A stretch of DNA of 64,000 bases, taken from Adineta vaga. Its lineage: Eukaryota; Animalia; Rotifera. The translations under genes were made by a program, and so were the position numbers. Below, piece by piece: positions 1 through 14,559 of the stretch. Under the pieces are notes generated by a model. The model searched no databases and was not told the DNA's origin. It saw only the letters and a list, made by a program, of their open reading frames with translations. The DNA is taken from positions 2,480,001-2,544,000 of the forward strand of contig CP075493.1 of NCBI GenBank assembly GCA_021613535.1, written 5' to 3'. Positions within the stretch are counted from its first letter, which is position 1. Every line of letters starts with the position of its first letter.

Positions 1-1210
1 CAATTAGATAGTCCATACAATTAACAAAAGGTGAAAGTAATGCATTGTATTCCTATGAATAAAAAAAATTAAGAAATTAATTACAAAAAATTAAATTTAT
101 CTTCTTACCACAGCAGTTAATGGTTGATCAGTTTTAAATTGTTCTTTTAAATTTTTTATTCCATCTTTCGATACGAAATGATTGATTATTTGACACAGCC
201 ATCCATAAGGTTCATTTCGATTATAAACAGAAAATGTTGTTGATGATGGCGAATTAGCCAAAAGACGTTCACCTAATTGTTTATCATATAATGAACGATC
301 GTAAGATTTACTTTTATGTTTTCGTTGAAAAACGGAATCATGATCGAAAAGTATAGCTAAAGTTTCAAGTAATTGTACTGGAACAGGGGAATAGGATAGA
401 CGAGCAGCAATTAAATCAACCAGTAATTCCACCATATCAAAAACACCTAATTGAACTTCAACACCCCAATTATTCACATGATGAGAACATTGTAACTAGT
501 AAAAAAAAGATCAGATGTATTTAGATACAAAGAATTTACTCTGATTACTTTGCGAAATGCATCAGGAATAAGAATTTCCATAAATTTCTTACAATGTTCA
601 TCTTGATCAGCTGTACCTACAATGAAGATTCAAAGCAGATTACAATCAGAAGAAGAATTATTAAATTTACCAGCAAGAGCGAGCGTAGTGGCGGATAATA
701 AACAACGACCAAGAACTTCATCTCCTGTAAAAAAAAGAAATAAAAAGTTCAATCTTAGTTATTGTTTATTCATTAAATTTACGTTTATAAGGAATGGACC
801 AGTTATCTCCGTAAACTTTTGTTTCCAAATCCAGAAAAGCATTCGTAGTAAATGAATTTGGATTCGTCATTGATAAATCATCTGACGAAATACTTGAATT
901 ATTATTCGATGAAACCTTAAAACAAAGAATTCAACATGAAAGTAAGTTCAATGATTTGATCGTTTACCGTTTGTTGTTGCTGCTGTTGTTCAACTTGTTC
1001 TTTGGTAAGTGGACCGATGAATGTTGTTGATGTTGGTGGTGGTGGTGGTGGTGATTCATTAGGAATAATAACATCATCATTTGGATAAGTTGGATTAGTA
1101 AGAAAAGTCACAGCTTCACTAATATCATTACCAGCTTTAGTTAATGCTGTACGATTTAAATCACGATTGGGAAAACCCATTGCAATCAATGTTTCCATAT
1201 TTTCTTCCAT
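1..1210 (-). CDS. USP24: Ubiquitin carboxyl-terminal hydrolase 24-like, 5' exons only (gene runs off the window start)
   Basis: N-terminal UBA (MEENMETLIAMGFPNRDLNRTALTKAGNDISEAVTFLTN), then spliced exons reading WSIPYKR..EVLGRCLLSA and WGVEVQLGVFDMVELLVDLIAARL..PYGWLCQIINHF, matching the USP24 N-terminus; GT-AG introns of about 55-60 nt. Confidence 0.85.
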
Positions 1211-3230
1211 ATTTGATAAATCACTGGATGTTGATGATGAAACAATTGAACATGAAATATTATCAAGAGATGACGAAGATGCAGCCGATGAATTACTTGA
1301 AGAAAGAAGAAAGTATACGTTCGAAAATGAAACTCTTCTAGCAAAAGAATATCCTACCTTGCAACACAATTTTTAGTTTCTTTTTGTGTACAACAACGTT
1401 TCGAAGAATTAGTATTAATAGGTTCGGTTAAAGACGAATTTGCCGTGTGAGCATTGCGTTTCATCACGGCAGTGAATTAACAATCGATGAGTCATAGGTA
1501 GAAAATCCATCTAGAATGTAGGAGAAAGTTTTTTATATATGGGAAATGTTTTTCAGGTATCATTATTTACCAAAAAAGAAACAACGTCCGCATCATCCAA
1601 CAGTCAATACACACAATATGCACGTGACACTAGGGAAAAGACACTTGTTTATAGCTCGTTCTGTTCTGTGTTCTTTTTTTCCTTCGTAAGTTTTCTTGAC
1701 GAAATACAAATGAAGTTGATATGAATGAAGATGAATAACTTCAAGATATAATATGATATGCAAATAGATCTGAAATAAAAAATATATGTATATATATCGA
1801 TAGGATGATTTCATAATCATTAATGCATTCATTTTTGAATATGTTGATATATTTTAATTGAATAAAAAAGTAACCAATCGGATATCGACGGAATGGACAG
1901 ATTGAAGTAAACTATGGAATAGAAGGATATAGTTTTCTATTGGTTACAATCCACGAGATTGTTGATTTAAAGCCTAGATCGATTTGTTTAAGAAGTCCAC
2001 AAAATGTGCGTCCTTATATATATATATTTTACATATACTCCTCTGTGGTTGACACAGAAGAAGATGGTAAAGCTGTTTTATTTTACCTTCGGTTTTTTCT
2101 ATTCCTTCTTTATACATTCGAAACCTTTTGGCGACATTAAAAAAGCGAAGACAAAGACTTCATAGTATACTTTTTTGAACGATAATCATATTGAAAAAGA
2201 AGAAAAGAATGTGAAAGTTAATTTTTGACTATTTGTGCTTTTTTTAATATTCAGAAGGTATATCAACTGTTTTAGAAGTACTGGATATGTCTTTCCTTTC
2301 TTGTAGGTATATTGAGTGTGTAATTCGATAGTTTGTTGTCTGCATACGATACACACACACATACACATTCACAAACTTATGCAATTCTACTAGTCAAACG
2401 CTGATAGTTCAATATGAATTTGTATGTGTGTGGGTATATGCTCGTCGATCAAAGTTAGTGACATGCAACTAATCAAATTGGATGCCTCTTGCTCTTTTTT
2501 TTTCTTCTCGTCAACTATCATTATCAGTATGTCATTAACTTGCGTTCGTTCATATCTAGTTTTTTTCTTTTGCCTTCTTCCATTCAAACAACTTGTTTGT
2601 AAGTGACCACTTGAATTAGTTTGAGCTCGCAGTCGACTATTGAAGGACTCTTTTTTTTTATGGCATCTTCTTCAGTGAACATATCTCCGATCGGTATCGA
2701 AGTGATTAAATGATGGACAAGGGAGAACAATTCAATTTCGATGTCATGGAAATAGCCTAAAGCATTGTATAAAAAATGCGAAATATCCTCTTGAATTGAA
2801 TCAGTATCGCTTCAACAAAAAAAAGGTCAAGATTTGAGTGTGTCATTCTATGAATATAATAGCGTCAAATCTAACACTGACTCGTTAAGTTACTGAGAAC
2901 TTATTGGCTTTATCAGTTTATATTCTAATATTTTCTTTTCTTCGTATTATAATTCTATCCTGCATCTTCTTATTATTATTCTTTTATTCTTCTTATTATG
3001 TATGAGTAGACGTGCTTTGACCGTTCGGCATCAACATCGGTAGGTTGACTTGTTTCATTATCCAGATTCATCTATCAACACTCTGTGTACGATTTTTTTT
3101 TCATCTTGTTCTTTTGTTTCTTGAGCTTTATTTCTCCTTGTGCGTGTGTGTTTCGACATATTGAGGAATAGAAGCAAACGCACATACATGCATAGACAAT
3201 ATAAAAAAAGCGAGACAGAAAAAAGAACGT

Positions 3231-3266
3231 CATTCATTCATTCATTCATTCATTCATTCATTCATT
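3231..3266. repeat. (CATT)n tetranucleotide microsatellite
   Basis: About nine perfect CATT units read directly. Confidence 0.95.
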
Positions 3267-4606
3267 ACTTGTTCTCTCCTCTCTTCCTCGCGTAAGAATG
3301 ATGATGGTCATCTTTTTTTTGGTAGTAGAAAAGGAAAAATCGAAGAGGAAAGAAGCGTTCATGGCATCTGCATTTTATGCGAGTATATATATATGCACGC
3401 TCGTTTGCATTCTACAATAGTCCTTTGGAGAGAAAGAAAGAAAAGAAGCAGTATCATAGCATAAAGAAAATACGATGCGATTATCTTGGCGTGCATAGAC
3501 AAATTATAAAGAGATATTCTGAAATCACCATATGTATTATATTTATACATTCTTCCGTCGCTTCTGTGTTTATATGATAAGTATAAGAAAGAAAAATTTT
3601 TAAGAGATAAATTACCATCTTAACATGCTTATGGTAAATATGCCTTAGCCGACATTTATAGGTATATGACAATAAGTGATTTTTTTCTTGCGTGAAAAGA
3701 CTTAGAAATTATATTTTCTTTCTCTTGAGAATATAACTATCTAATAATATTCGCTCTCGTCTATCGCATTCGTAAGTACTATTATCATTTTTTGGCACTT
3801 TTTCACATACGCGTACATGCACATAATCGTGTTATCGTATCACTCATCATTCTTGCAAACTCTCTCTCTCTCTCTTGCTACTACAGCTTGATCATATACA
3901 TGTCATTGACACTCACTGTTGTGCAATCTAAACGGTCAACAGTTCGCCATCGTCCTCATCCTGTTTCTTCTATTATTCCTGCAAACAGCTCTCTAAATAC
4001 ATATATATATATATATACAGAACTAGCCCAAACGAACAGTAAAAAATATACTATCGAGTGTGTATAAAAACGACAAGCGCACACGCGCGATTTGTAATCG
4101 ACGGCACCAATTACTAATAGTTGAACACGAGCGAGCCGCTAAGTGACGTATGCAACCTAACGGGTCTTTTCTTTTTTTTTCTTTTACATATATGATCAAG
4201 ATACAAACCAATAAGAACGATGATCACAGACCACATAAAATAACGATTTCATTCTTTTTTTCTCTTCTTTTATTCTCTTATTCCAAGGTTGATACTCGAC
4301 GATTTGCTTTGGATAATTAGTTTCATTTCATCTTTTCTCCTTTTACTCCTTCTAATAATAGAACGCTATTACCTACTACTACCTGCTTCGGTATTTCGAG
4401 GTCGATGAGAATAACAGAACATCTCGTTTCTCTCTCTCTCCTTTCACTATCTCTCCTATAATCAATCTTTTCTATAAGAAAACACATTCTTCAACTATCT
4501 TTTCGATCCATTTTCTAAGTCAATATACATCCATCATTTCTATTTACATTTTTGTAAGAGATATTAAATTGGCTTTTCTCTTTTTCTTTTTCTTAGATAA
4601 TGAATC

Positions 4607-7600
4607 ATGTATAATGATCTGATGTTAGTCAAATTCTTTTATTTCTTTGTCGTTCTATTTTTATCTACGACAAAACTAAGTATCGGACAGCAAACGGTCG
4701 TTTACGTTAAACGCGGTGAAACAGCAGAATTATGCGACAATCGTACAACATCGATCTATGCTTATGAATATCGAAGTTTTGATGGAAAGAAAAATTCTAT
4801 CCTTGAACCACCTAAACATCAACGTTATTCCAATCCATATGGAACAAGTGTTTTACGAATTGATAATGTTGTTGACAGTGATAGTGGACTATATAAATGT
4901 CCACAAGACGATACTGAATGGCAAAAACTTCAAGTGTATGGTAAGATAAAAAAAACGAAACGATATCTTTGTATCAATGATGTAATTTCATTGTCCTTTC
5001 ATTTATACTTGAAAATATCTTCATTTGACATATAAGTTACATCATAACTCGATAACATATCATTGTTCGTAATTCTTTATCATTTTTTTTTCTTATTCAA
5101 GAAAAATATCGTATTATACACACAATTTATTCTCAATGAAGCAAAATTTGTTATTTGATAGTAGATAGTTCATTGAAAATAAGCGACTAGATTTGTTCGG
5201 TACTGAACAATACGAGAGAGAAAAAAAGATGTCGATTAATAGAATCAAACATACTTTTCGAGTGTCATAGAATAGTTAATCGAACGAAAAATTTTCTTTT
5301 ATCTAATCGTTGTCTCTCTCTCTCTCTAGTACCCGTCCAACATGTCCATTTAACTAATTTGCATACATCATCTCGTGTATATAATAATGATCTTTGTGGT
5401 ATTGATGGTACAAATTGTTTAACAATGATTGAAGGTGAATCGTTAGATGTTGTTTGTGCTGCAGATGGTTCTCCACGTCCAGCACTTTCGATAACATTAG
5501 ATAAAAATGGAACGACACCAACGATTATGGCTTTAGCAAGTAATATTCCAACACCAACAACGATCAATGATCAATTCAAACCGTCTGTGTATGAAGCACA
5601 TCGTATAATTGGATTGACATCAGCAGATAATGGAAGAAATTTAACATGTCATGTTGATATGAAACAAATGGACAAAAATCTTATTCTATCATCAACAAAA
5701 CAACTTTATATTGAATGTATGTCATTGTTTGCATAGAAATATATTGATTCTAATGAGCAAAGAATCATTATTTATTTATGATATTCTCTCATTAACAAAA
5801 CATAATGACATTTTTTTAAAATTCTTTAGTTCGACCTGTTGTAGCTGAAAAATCGAAGAAAATCTATTGTGGAATCAATCAAACACGTACAATTAATTGT
5901 ACTGTTTTACGAGCTAATCCATCTTATATACGTTATTCAATCAATGGCTTATCATCATCAGTAGTACGTCGAACATATGGTGATCAAAATGATTTATTTT
6001 ATACATTTGATATAACGCCAACATCAATCGAACAATTTCATTCATTTAATGTAACAGCGAATAATAGTATTGGTTTCGATACGTGCACTTATGAACTGAT
6101 ACATGGAGGTAAACACGAACAAATCATTTGCATTCTCGAAGAGAAGGAAGAAACTGATTTATTCAATAGATCTGTTTATCTGTTAGAGATGAGGAATACT
6201 AATTGAGTTCATAAAGGTTGATTTCGTAATCTGTAATCAATACATGTTTCATTTGGAGTTCATAAGTGAAATATTGAATATTATCTGTGAAGTTCAATTC
6301 ATATTTTGTTCATTTTCTTTCTCTCGTTCTCACTACCCGATGACATTTTCAATGCGTTAGTTGATTTTAAATGGTTAGCAAATATTTATTTTCCATGATC
6401 GTACGAACTGCCTAAACAGTCATACTTGACATTGATCACACATTTCATAGAAAAATATATGTAAATTTTTCAATATTGAAAATTTAAAAAGATCTCTCAA
6501 AGCTGTTTACGTAGAAGAATGATGAAGGAAATGTCATTGAAAGAAGAAATCATTCTTCTAATGTCATCGAAGATTAATTACGAGTAGAAACGGAAAACAT
6601 GTTTTTCTTCAATATAGAAAAAGTCATACCTTCCGGAGAAATGATCTTTTCAAGATTATTTAAAATCTTTTGATAATCTTGCAATTTCAAATTAAATGTT
6701 CTATATTTATCTTTCTATTATCAAATCAGACCATCCGTTAGCTATTAATTATCTTGTCAACGACCAATTATCATTACTAGAGACATAAATGATTTATGTA
6801 TAAATAGTACTGTGATAAATCATATTTAACATGAAGAAAAGAGAGAGAGAAAGACTTTTATTGATTCATATCATTTGTTCATAGGTATACCTGATGCAAT
6901 TACACATTGTACAACCGATACATATTCATCGAATGTAACGATAACGATTAATTGTGCAAAAAGTTATGCTCAAGGTGATAATGAAGGTTATGCTTGTACA
7001 TTATTTAAGTACAATGATAAATCTAATCATAAGATGTTCGAAGAAATAGCTCGAACAAAATCTTGTATATTTGCTCTTGAAAATTTCCATGAACCTGTAG
7101 AATTTCGTGTCGCAGCATTTAATCGTTATGGATCATTGCCGGTTAATACATTTGGATATATTATTCGATTGAATCAACCATTCAGTAAGTTGAAATAGAA
7201 AACGAAGAAAAAATATATTTATAAATTTCTTTTTCGTAGTTTTGAAAGAAACACCATTTTTTAGTCGAAGAATTGTTGTTATTATGGGTAGCATATTTGG
7301 CGCAGTGATTCTATTGTTCTTTCTTTGTTGTCTTTGTGGAACATGTCATCGTGATCGATCGAAATTTTCCAGTAAAAATGATTATTATCAAAAAAATAGT
7401 AAGTTAGAAAGAAATTTATTCAAATGGATCCTTATAAACAAAAGAATATTATTTGAATGAAAGAAACGAAAATAATCCTATATCTTGTTTCGTATCTTTT
7501 GTATATTAATAAACATATATTCTTATAGAATATTCAGACTCGTCGACCGAGAGTGAAACATTAAGACAAACGACTGGTAAGAAGCACTGTAGTATATAAC

Positions 7601-8577
7601 AGTAGTTAATCCCTTATACTTATATTGATAAAAGCATCTATTGATCATCTACATGATAAGCATTAAGCAGACAATTCATTCTGTTCTTTTTTTTCTTCAT
7701 CTATTTCAGACGATACTATCGCACATCTGGTTCCAAATGGAAATGAAAAACATGCTCATCAAGTTAGTAGATATTTATGAACAAAATTTCTCGTAAACAT
7801 ATTTTTTAACTTTAGAGTGGAACTGTTTACGATGTTCCATTACATCCAAGTAATGGCAAATATACACAACAGATCTCATCAACACCCTCGACATCGGCTT
7901 ATCACCAACAAAAACCTCAAGAAGCCGGTAATATCAATTATATCGATCGTGATTCAGTGACAAGTAGTTTAAATTCAATTCCAACACGAACACGTACCGT
8001 GAATAATAAATTCTATGGACATCCAGTCATTGATTATCCATATGGACCATTATCACCAACAACGATGGTTGTACCAACAGCAAATAGACATCATGAACAT
8101 GATGATGATGTAGATGGTGGAGGCGGAGATGAATCACCTGTATATTCGACTACGACGGATGTTATGTCAGAAAGTGGCTCATTTCTTGTACCATCATCAT
8201 CGAAACGTAATGGACCACCTCCACCTAAACCACGTTATTCAACATTAAGTTCTCTTCGTTCACCTATCGAAAATTTTGATAAAACTCCATTACCATTACC
8301 AAAACCACGTTCACGTTCAAATTCACGAACACGTTTAAATAATCCTTCAGCTGATAATGCCACATGGTTATATGATGAACGTCCCGTATCATCATCCGAT
8401 TCTGGTATGGGTCACTCAGATGTTGTTTGCTTACCAAATGGTGATACGATACGTACAGGTCTAGTAAGCAAGACAGGATACTATGCAGAAACATTATACT
8501 ACACCATCAAGTCTTCAACAGCAGCAACAACAAGCAAGATATCAAACATTAACATCACCTACAGTTCATGGGACTGA
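4607..8577 (+). CDS. Single-pass Ig-superfamily cell-surface protein (nephrin/sidestep-like architecture), about 8 exons
   Basis: Signal peptide (LVKFFYFFVVLFLST); Ig motifs (LRIDNVVDSDSGLYKC; VVCAADGSPRPAL..DNGRNLTCHV; TINCTVLRANP..VTANNSIG); FN3-like segment (EFRVAAFNRYGS); TM helix (IVVIMGSIFGAVILLFFLCCLC); Pro/Tyr-rich tail. Exons approx. 4607-4940, 5329-5717, 5830-6108, 6884-7185, 7240-7398, 7529-7576, 7710-7762, 7817-8577. Confidence 0.75.
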
Positions 8578-9549
8578 ATGTTAAATTCATTTCTTCTTCT
8601 AGTGTTTTGTTGTGTATATATATATACAGAGTTTGTTTGTTTATCTTTCTTCATACAAATCTCTTTATATGTATGTGTTTTGTCAGTATTCTAATCGAAC
8701 AACTGAAGACAGTATTTTGGAAAAAAGAGAGAAAAGAAAACAAGTTTAAACGCAACTATCAAAGATGATAAACTTGTGATTATTTGCATTCGTTTGTTAT
8801 TATATACAGTTTATTGTCTTCTTTTTATACATGCGTTTCAGTGCAAGTGTGTGTGAGTTTTTTTCTTTTTGTTCTCTATTTGCTATTGTTGATTTAGTTT
8901 TTGTTGATTCTCATGATACGATGATCTCTCCAGACTTCTCCTTTCTTTTTTCCTTCTTTTTCTTTGTACTTGTATAAAAAAAGACTGAAGATAAAACTCG
9001 TACATTTTGTACCGATGCAAAGAATAGATATCATTTTTTGGAAGAATTAACAAAACTATACTAACTATTTCATGAACAATGAGGTAAAACTGAACTAATC
9101 AAGAATATTTCGTCGATACAATGGCAGATTTTCTTCGATTGATATTTTTTGGTTCATCTTTGTATTTTCTCGTATGAGAGATGTCGTTAACGATCGAGTC
9201 TACTAAATTTGTTTGAATATTCGATGTTAAACTGTTTTTCAATTTCTTTCTTTCATTATTCTTATATCGTAGTATTATAAATGTCACTTTTAAATATGAA
9301 TTGTCAACTTTCTGAAGCAATTTAACACTATTCACCGAATTATGAATGACAGAATGGCGAACGATAACCAATAGAAAAACGTCCACGCATACATACATTC
9401 TTTCATTGTACCTGCAACTGTAACTGTAATTGTAATAGTCTTGCTTAACTTGATTGTACTATGATGTATTAACTCTGACTATTTATTGTATTTTCTGTCA
9501 AATTATCTTTTGAAGATCTTGATTATTCTAGAGATAACAGAACAAAATC

Positions 9550-12500
9550 ATGCTCGCGGGTCCACCTCCAACTTTTAATTCTGGTCCACCACCACAACAA
9601 ATGCAACAACAATCGCAACCTCCATCTCAAATGTATCCTAATCAATTTCCACAACCTAACTTTCAAGGAAACCAACATCAACAACCTACTTTACCTCCTA
9701 ACTTTCAAGGAAACCAACATCAACAACCTACTTTACCTCCTAATTTTCAAGGGAATCAGCATCAACAATCTAATTTACCTCCTAACTTTCAAGGAAATCA
9801 ACAAGCACCACCTGCTGGACCGCCAAGTTTTTCTAATATGCAACAACAACAACAACAGCAGCAGCAGCAGCAGCAGCAACCACTAGCACCACCATCAATA
9901 TCAGGTCAACAGTTTCCACCACAACCTCATTATCCTGCAGGGAATCAACAGCTTCCACCAACACAATTTCCACCACAACCACCTGGACCAGGTAATCAAC
10001 CACAATTTCCGACTCAACCACCAATGATGTCGAATGGAATGAGTACGATCATTGCATGAGATTCTCATTTTCAATAGAAAAAACAATAAACATCCATACT
10101 TTTTAGATCAAGCATCCATGCCACAGACTTATCCTAATCAAGGACCACCACCAACATCTAATCAAATAAGACCTGCACCTATTACACCTAATCAATTCGG
10201 TCCACCTCCAACAATGACTACACCGCAATTTCCTTCACAGCCTCCATTTCCAAATCAGCCACCGTCAAATCTTGGTGGAATGCCTCAATATCCTGGTACT
10301 CAACCTTCTTTTAATGCTCCACCATCTTCATTTCCATCGAATAATCAACCACCATCAACAGGTGGCTATCCTCAACAATCAATGCCACCTCAATATGGTA
10401 GTCAACCACATCTTTCTGGTCCACCAACAATGCCTGGTGCTCAAATGAATGGACCAGGTGCATATCCTGGCCAAACACCATCCAGTGGACCAGTTCAACA
10501 ACCATACCAACCACAACGTATTGATCCTGATATGGTACCAAATGTTGTACGTAGTCATATTCTTTATTCAGATAGAAACAATATAATAATAAAATCGATA
10601 CAAATTCTTCTAGGTTCAAGTTCTTGAACAAAGTCAAGAGAAAATTCAACAACCATTCGTCACCAATGCTCCAGGTTTATTACCGCCATTAGCAGCAACC
10701 ACCTATGTATGTCAAGATCAAGGTAACTGCAATCCACGTTTTATTCGTTCGACAGCCTATGCTATACCAAATGCTCATGATATGATTAAACAATCCCATA
10801 TACCTATTGCTCTTGCCATTAGTCCATTAGCAAATTTAAGACCAGATGAGGTAATTTTAATTTTTTAATATCTTTTTTTATCTATAACAAAGATTTTCTT
10901 CTAGCTTGGACCACCACTAACTAATTTCGGTGAAATAGGTCCTGTACGATGTCATCGTTGTAAAGCATATATGTGTTCATTTATGCAGTTTATTGATGGT
11001 GGAAAACGTTTTCTCTGTTGTTTTTGTGAAGCAGCAACAGATGGTTAGTGTATAAATAAATTTTCTTTTGTTATAATTATGTACGTTTCATTTCAGTACC
11101 AACTGAATATTTTAATCATCTTGATCATAGTGGTCGTCGTATGGATTGGTATCAACGACCAGAACTTTGTCTCGGTACCTATGAAATTGTCGCGACCAAA
11201 CAGTATTGTAAAGTATGTCAATCGTTTGAATAGTGTATCTTTATAGGTCAAATTCAAATCATGTTATTCTTTCAGGATGAAAAATGGCCTGAACCACCGG
11301 CATTTATATTTATGATTGATGTATCTTACAATAGTGTTCGTAGTGGTCTTGTAGAATATATTTGTCATATATTAAAAACTGAACTTCTTGATTATCTACC
11401 AAAGTTTGTTTAATTCAAAGTGTGTGTGATAAAAATCATGTTTTTTTCCGATGTTTTTATAGAGAAAAAGATGCAGAAACATCCAATGTTCGTGTTGGTT
11501 TTGCTACATTTGATAAACAAATTCATTTTTATAATATTAAAGTAAGTTCATTGATAATTTCTTTGAACAAAAAGACGAAATGACGAATTGATTATTGATG
11601 ATTATCTTTCTTCTAGGGGGCAAGTAGATTTTGAATTTCTCTTTGTGTTGTTCTTTTTCTATTAACATTCTCTAATGCTTTGCATCTCTCTAATCAGTTT
11701 ATATATCTATCGTAACCTTTGCATGATGCATGTTAGAAATCGAATGATCTTTTTGTTCATGATAATTTTCATCATTATGTTTTATTAGAACACACTTGGT
11801 CAACCACAAATGATGATTGTCTCCGATCTTGAAGATATATTCGTACCCTTACTTGATGGTTTTCTTTGTTTACCACAAGATTCACGTGGAGTAATTAATA
11901 GGTAATGAGTTCATTAGTTGAATGAAAGAAAAAAAACTAGTTGTTTATTGATGATCATTAAAGTTTACTTGAACAAATTCCACAAACATTTGCAAATACA
12001 CAAGAAACAGAAACAATCCTAGCACCTGTTATTCAAGCGGGTATTCAAGCTTTGAAAGTAAGTTCAATACTAGATTTGAAAATATACATTATTCAAATGA
12101 AATAAAATGTTTTAGGGAGCAAATTGTACGGGTAAAATTTATGTTTTTTCAACAACATTACCCATCGCTGTTGCACCAGGAAAATTATCTAATCGCGATG
12201 ATAAAAAACTTCTTGGAACTGATAAAGAAAAAGTTTGTAGAAGAGTTTCCATTTGAAAGTTGCTTTTTTCTATATGGATCGTATATAGACACTTTTGGCA
12301 CCGATAAATAATGTTTATACAAAACTTGGTGAAGAATGTGCACAGAATGGTTGTGCAGTAGATTTATTTGTTTTTCCAAATAATTATTTCGATTTGGCAA
12401 CGATTGGTGAAGTTTGTCGAGTATCAGGTGGACAAATCTATAAATTTAATTATTTTTCAGTAAGTTTATAGTTTGATATACACGCATAAAAACATTTCTA

Positions 12501-14288
12501 TTCATTTTCATTTAGATTGACAATGACGGTGAACGATTATATGACGAACTTAAACGTAATTTTCAACGAACAACTGTTTTTGATGCATTAATGCGTGTAC
12601 GAACAAGTGCAGGTACATTGATAAATCTTTCTTCTTTCAGTATAGAAATATAATAGTATACAATAAGAGATTAACATTCACATGGAAATATCATCCAAAT
12701 TGATTTTATTTTGTAATCATTTAGGAATTCGACCAATTGATTTTCTCGGTAATTTTTATATGACAAATGCAACGGAAATGATCTTTGGTACCATCGATTC
12801 GGATAAATCTGTTTCTGTAGAATTAAAACATGATGATAAACTTCCTGTAGAAAGCAATACTTATATTCAAGTATATTTTCAACTTGATTTTCTCTAAAAA
12901 TTTTACCATTGATTCTTCTATAGGCTGCATTACTTTATACTAGTATATCTGGACAACGTCGTTTACGTATTTTAACATTAGCATTAACAGTTACGTCATC
13001 CTATACATCACTTTATCCAAGTTGTGATCTTGATACAATTATGAATTATATAACAAAAGTTGGTCAGTAAAAATAAAACGACATATTGACTTTTTCCAAG
13101 TATTTCTTGTTTTCTGTTCTTTGAAATTTTAGCGATACGTTCAGTGACAGTGTCAACTCCAAAGAGTATTCGTGATAATATTATAACACAAGCAGCTAAT
13201 ATGTTAGCATGTTATCGAAAAAATTGTGCACAAGCAACTACAGCTGGACAATTAATCTTACCGGAAACATTGAAATTATTACCAGTTTATGTTACTTCAT
13301 TGATTAAATGTGATGCTTTAACTGGAAGTATGTATTCTATGTCGATAATGTGTAAATATGAAAATTCTACTCGAAATATTTTTTGTGTAGCACAAACTGT
13401 AACAACCGATGATCGAAATTTATTAATGCAACGTTTAATGTCAATGGATATTAAAGGCACATTTGCGTATCTTTATCCAAGAGTTTATGCATTGGTTTGT
13501 ATAGTTTGAGAGAAAATTAAGTTCCTTGAACCTATGTTTCTTTTCTATTTTTTAGCATGATTTAGATGAAAATAATATTCCACCACCAATGATGCGATGT
13601 TTATATGAACGTTTTTCGGAGACTGGAGCGTATGTTATCGGTAAGTAGGGTGTGGGATATGAGTAATGAGCAGACTGCTTGGTATAGTTGTGTAAAGTAG
13701 ATATAATTAATCATGAAATGTTCATTAGAACATTCAATCATTGATCAATAGTATTTATATCATATTTGAATTATTGAAGAAATCTAAAGCCAAAGGTATG
13801 AATGTTTATTGTATTTTTCTAGAAAATGGTCTTGTTATGTATATTTGGCTTGGAAGTCAAGTCAATCCAACTTTCGTGCAATCATTATTTGGCATTCAAT
13901 CAGCTCATATTCAACCTGAAAAAGTACATATTTCTAATAGAATCGTTGTTTCTTTTGTAATTCAATATAAATATATATATATATATTATTTCTTTTTCTC
14001 AGTGTCGTATTGTCGATCTCGATAATCCAATATCTCGAAACGTTCGAACATTATTGACTATGATTCGTAATGAGCGAAATGCTCATATGAAAGTAAATAT
14101 TATCAGAATTTGTGATATTTCATCTATAAGTATCTTTCTCTATTCAGTTATTTGTTATTCAACAACGTGATTCAATTGAACCATTCTTTAAAAATTATCT
14201 TGTCGAAGACAAAGGTTTTACAGGTGGTGCATCATACGTTGATTTTCTTTATCATTTACATCGTGAAATTCGAAATATTCTTCAATAA
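9550..14288 (+). CDS. SEC24C: COPII coat protein Sec24C/D, multi-exon
   Basis: P/Q-rich N-terminus, [11 protein letters not shown], zinc finger ([19 protein letters not shown]), trunk domain ([18 protein letters not shown]), [16 protein letters not shown], gelsolin-like [12 protein letters not shown]-terminal [17 protein letters not shown]24C versus SEC24D cannot be resolved. Confidence 0.93.
9655..9800 (+). repeat. 42-bp coding tandem repeat ([14 protein letters not shown], about 3.5 copies), with a polyQ tract nearby at 9841-9880
   Basis: Repeated cctaactttcaaggaaaccaacatcaacaacctactttacct in the Sec24 low-complexity N-terminus. Confidence 0.9.
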
Positions 14289-14559
14289 AAACCAAACCGT
14301 TAATATGTCTATGTGTGTGTGTGTGTGCGTGTGATTTGTTTCGTTATTTATTTTTATCATTTCTATTGTACGAGTAGTCAAACGAAGTGTTTCATTTTTG
14401 GCAGAATAGCGAGCGTTTCTTCTTATTCTCATTGTTATTTTCTTCTAAGCTCGTTTAACTAAAAAACATATTTATTTCTCTCAATAAAAGAAAACGGATG
14501 ATGTTTGGGTTTTTTTCGTGTGTGGTTGTCTATGCATGTGTAGATTCTGCTTTTAGATC

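Noticed and set aside
1211-4606. Many 60-90 aa ORFs in the USP24/Ig intergenic region (likewise at 51430-54829 and 58500-60650)
   Set aside because: Low-complexity F/I/Y/K-rich translations typical of AT-rich non-coding DNA; no domains or splice-consistent structure.
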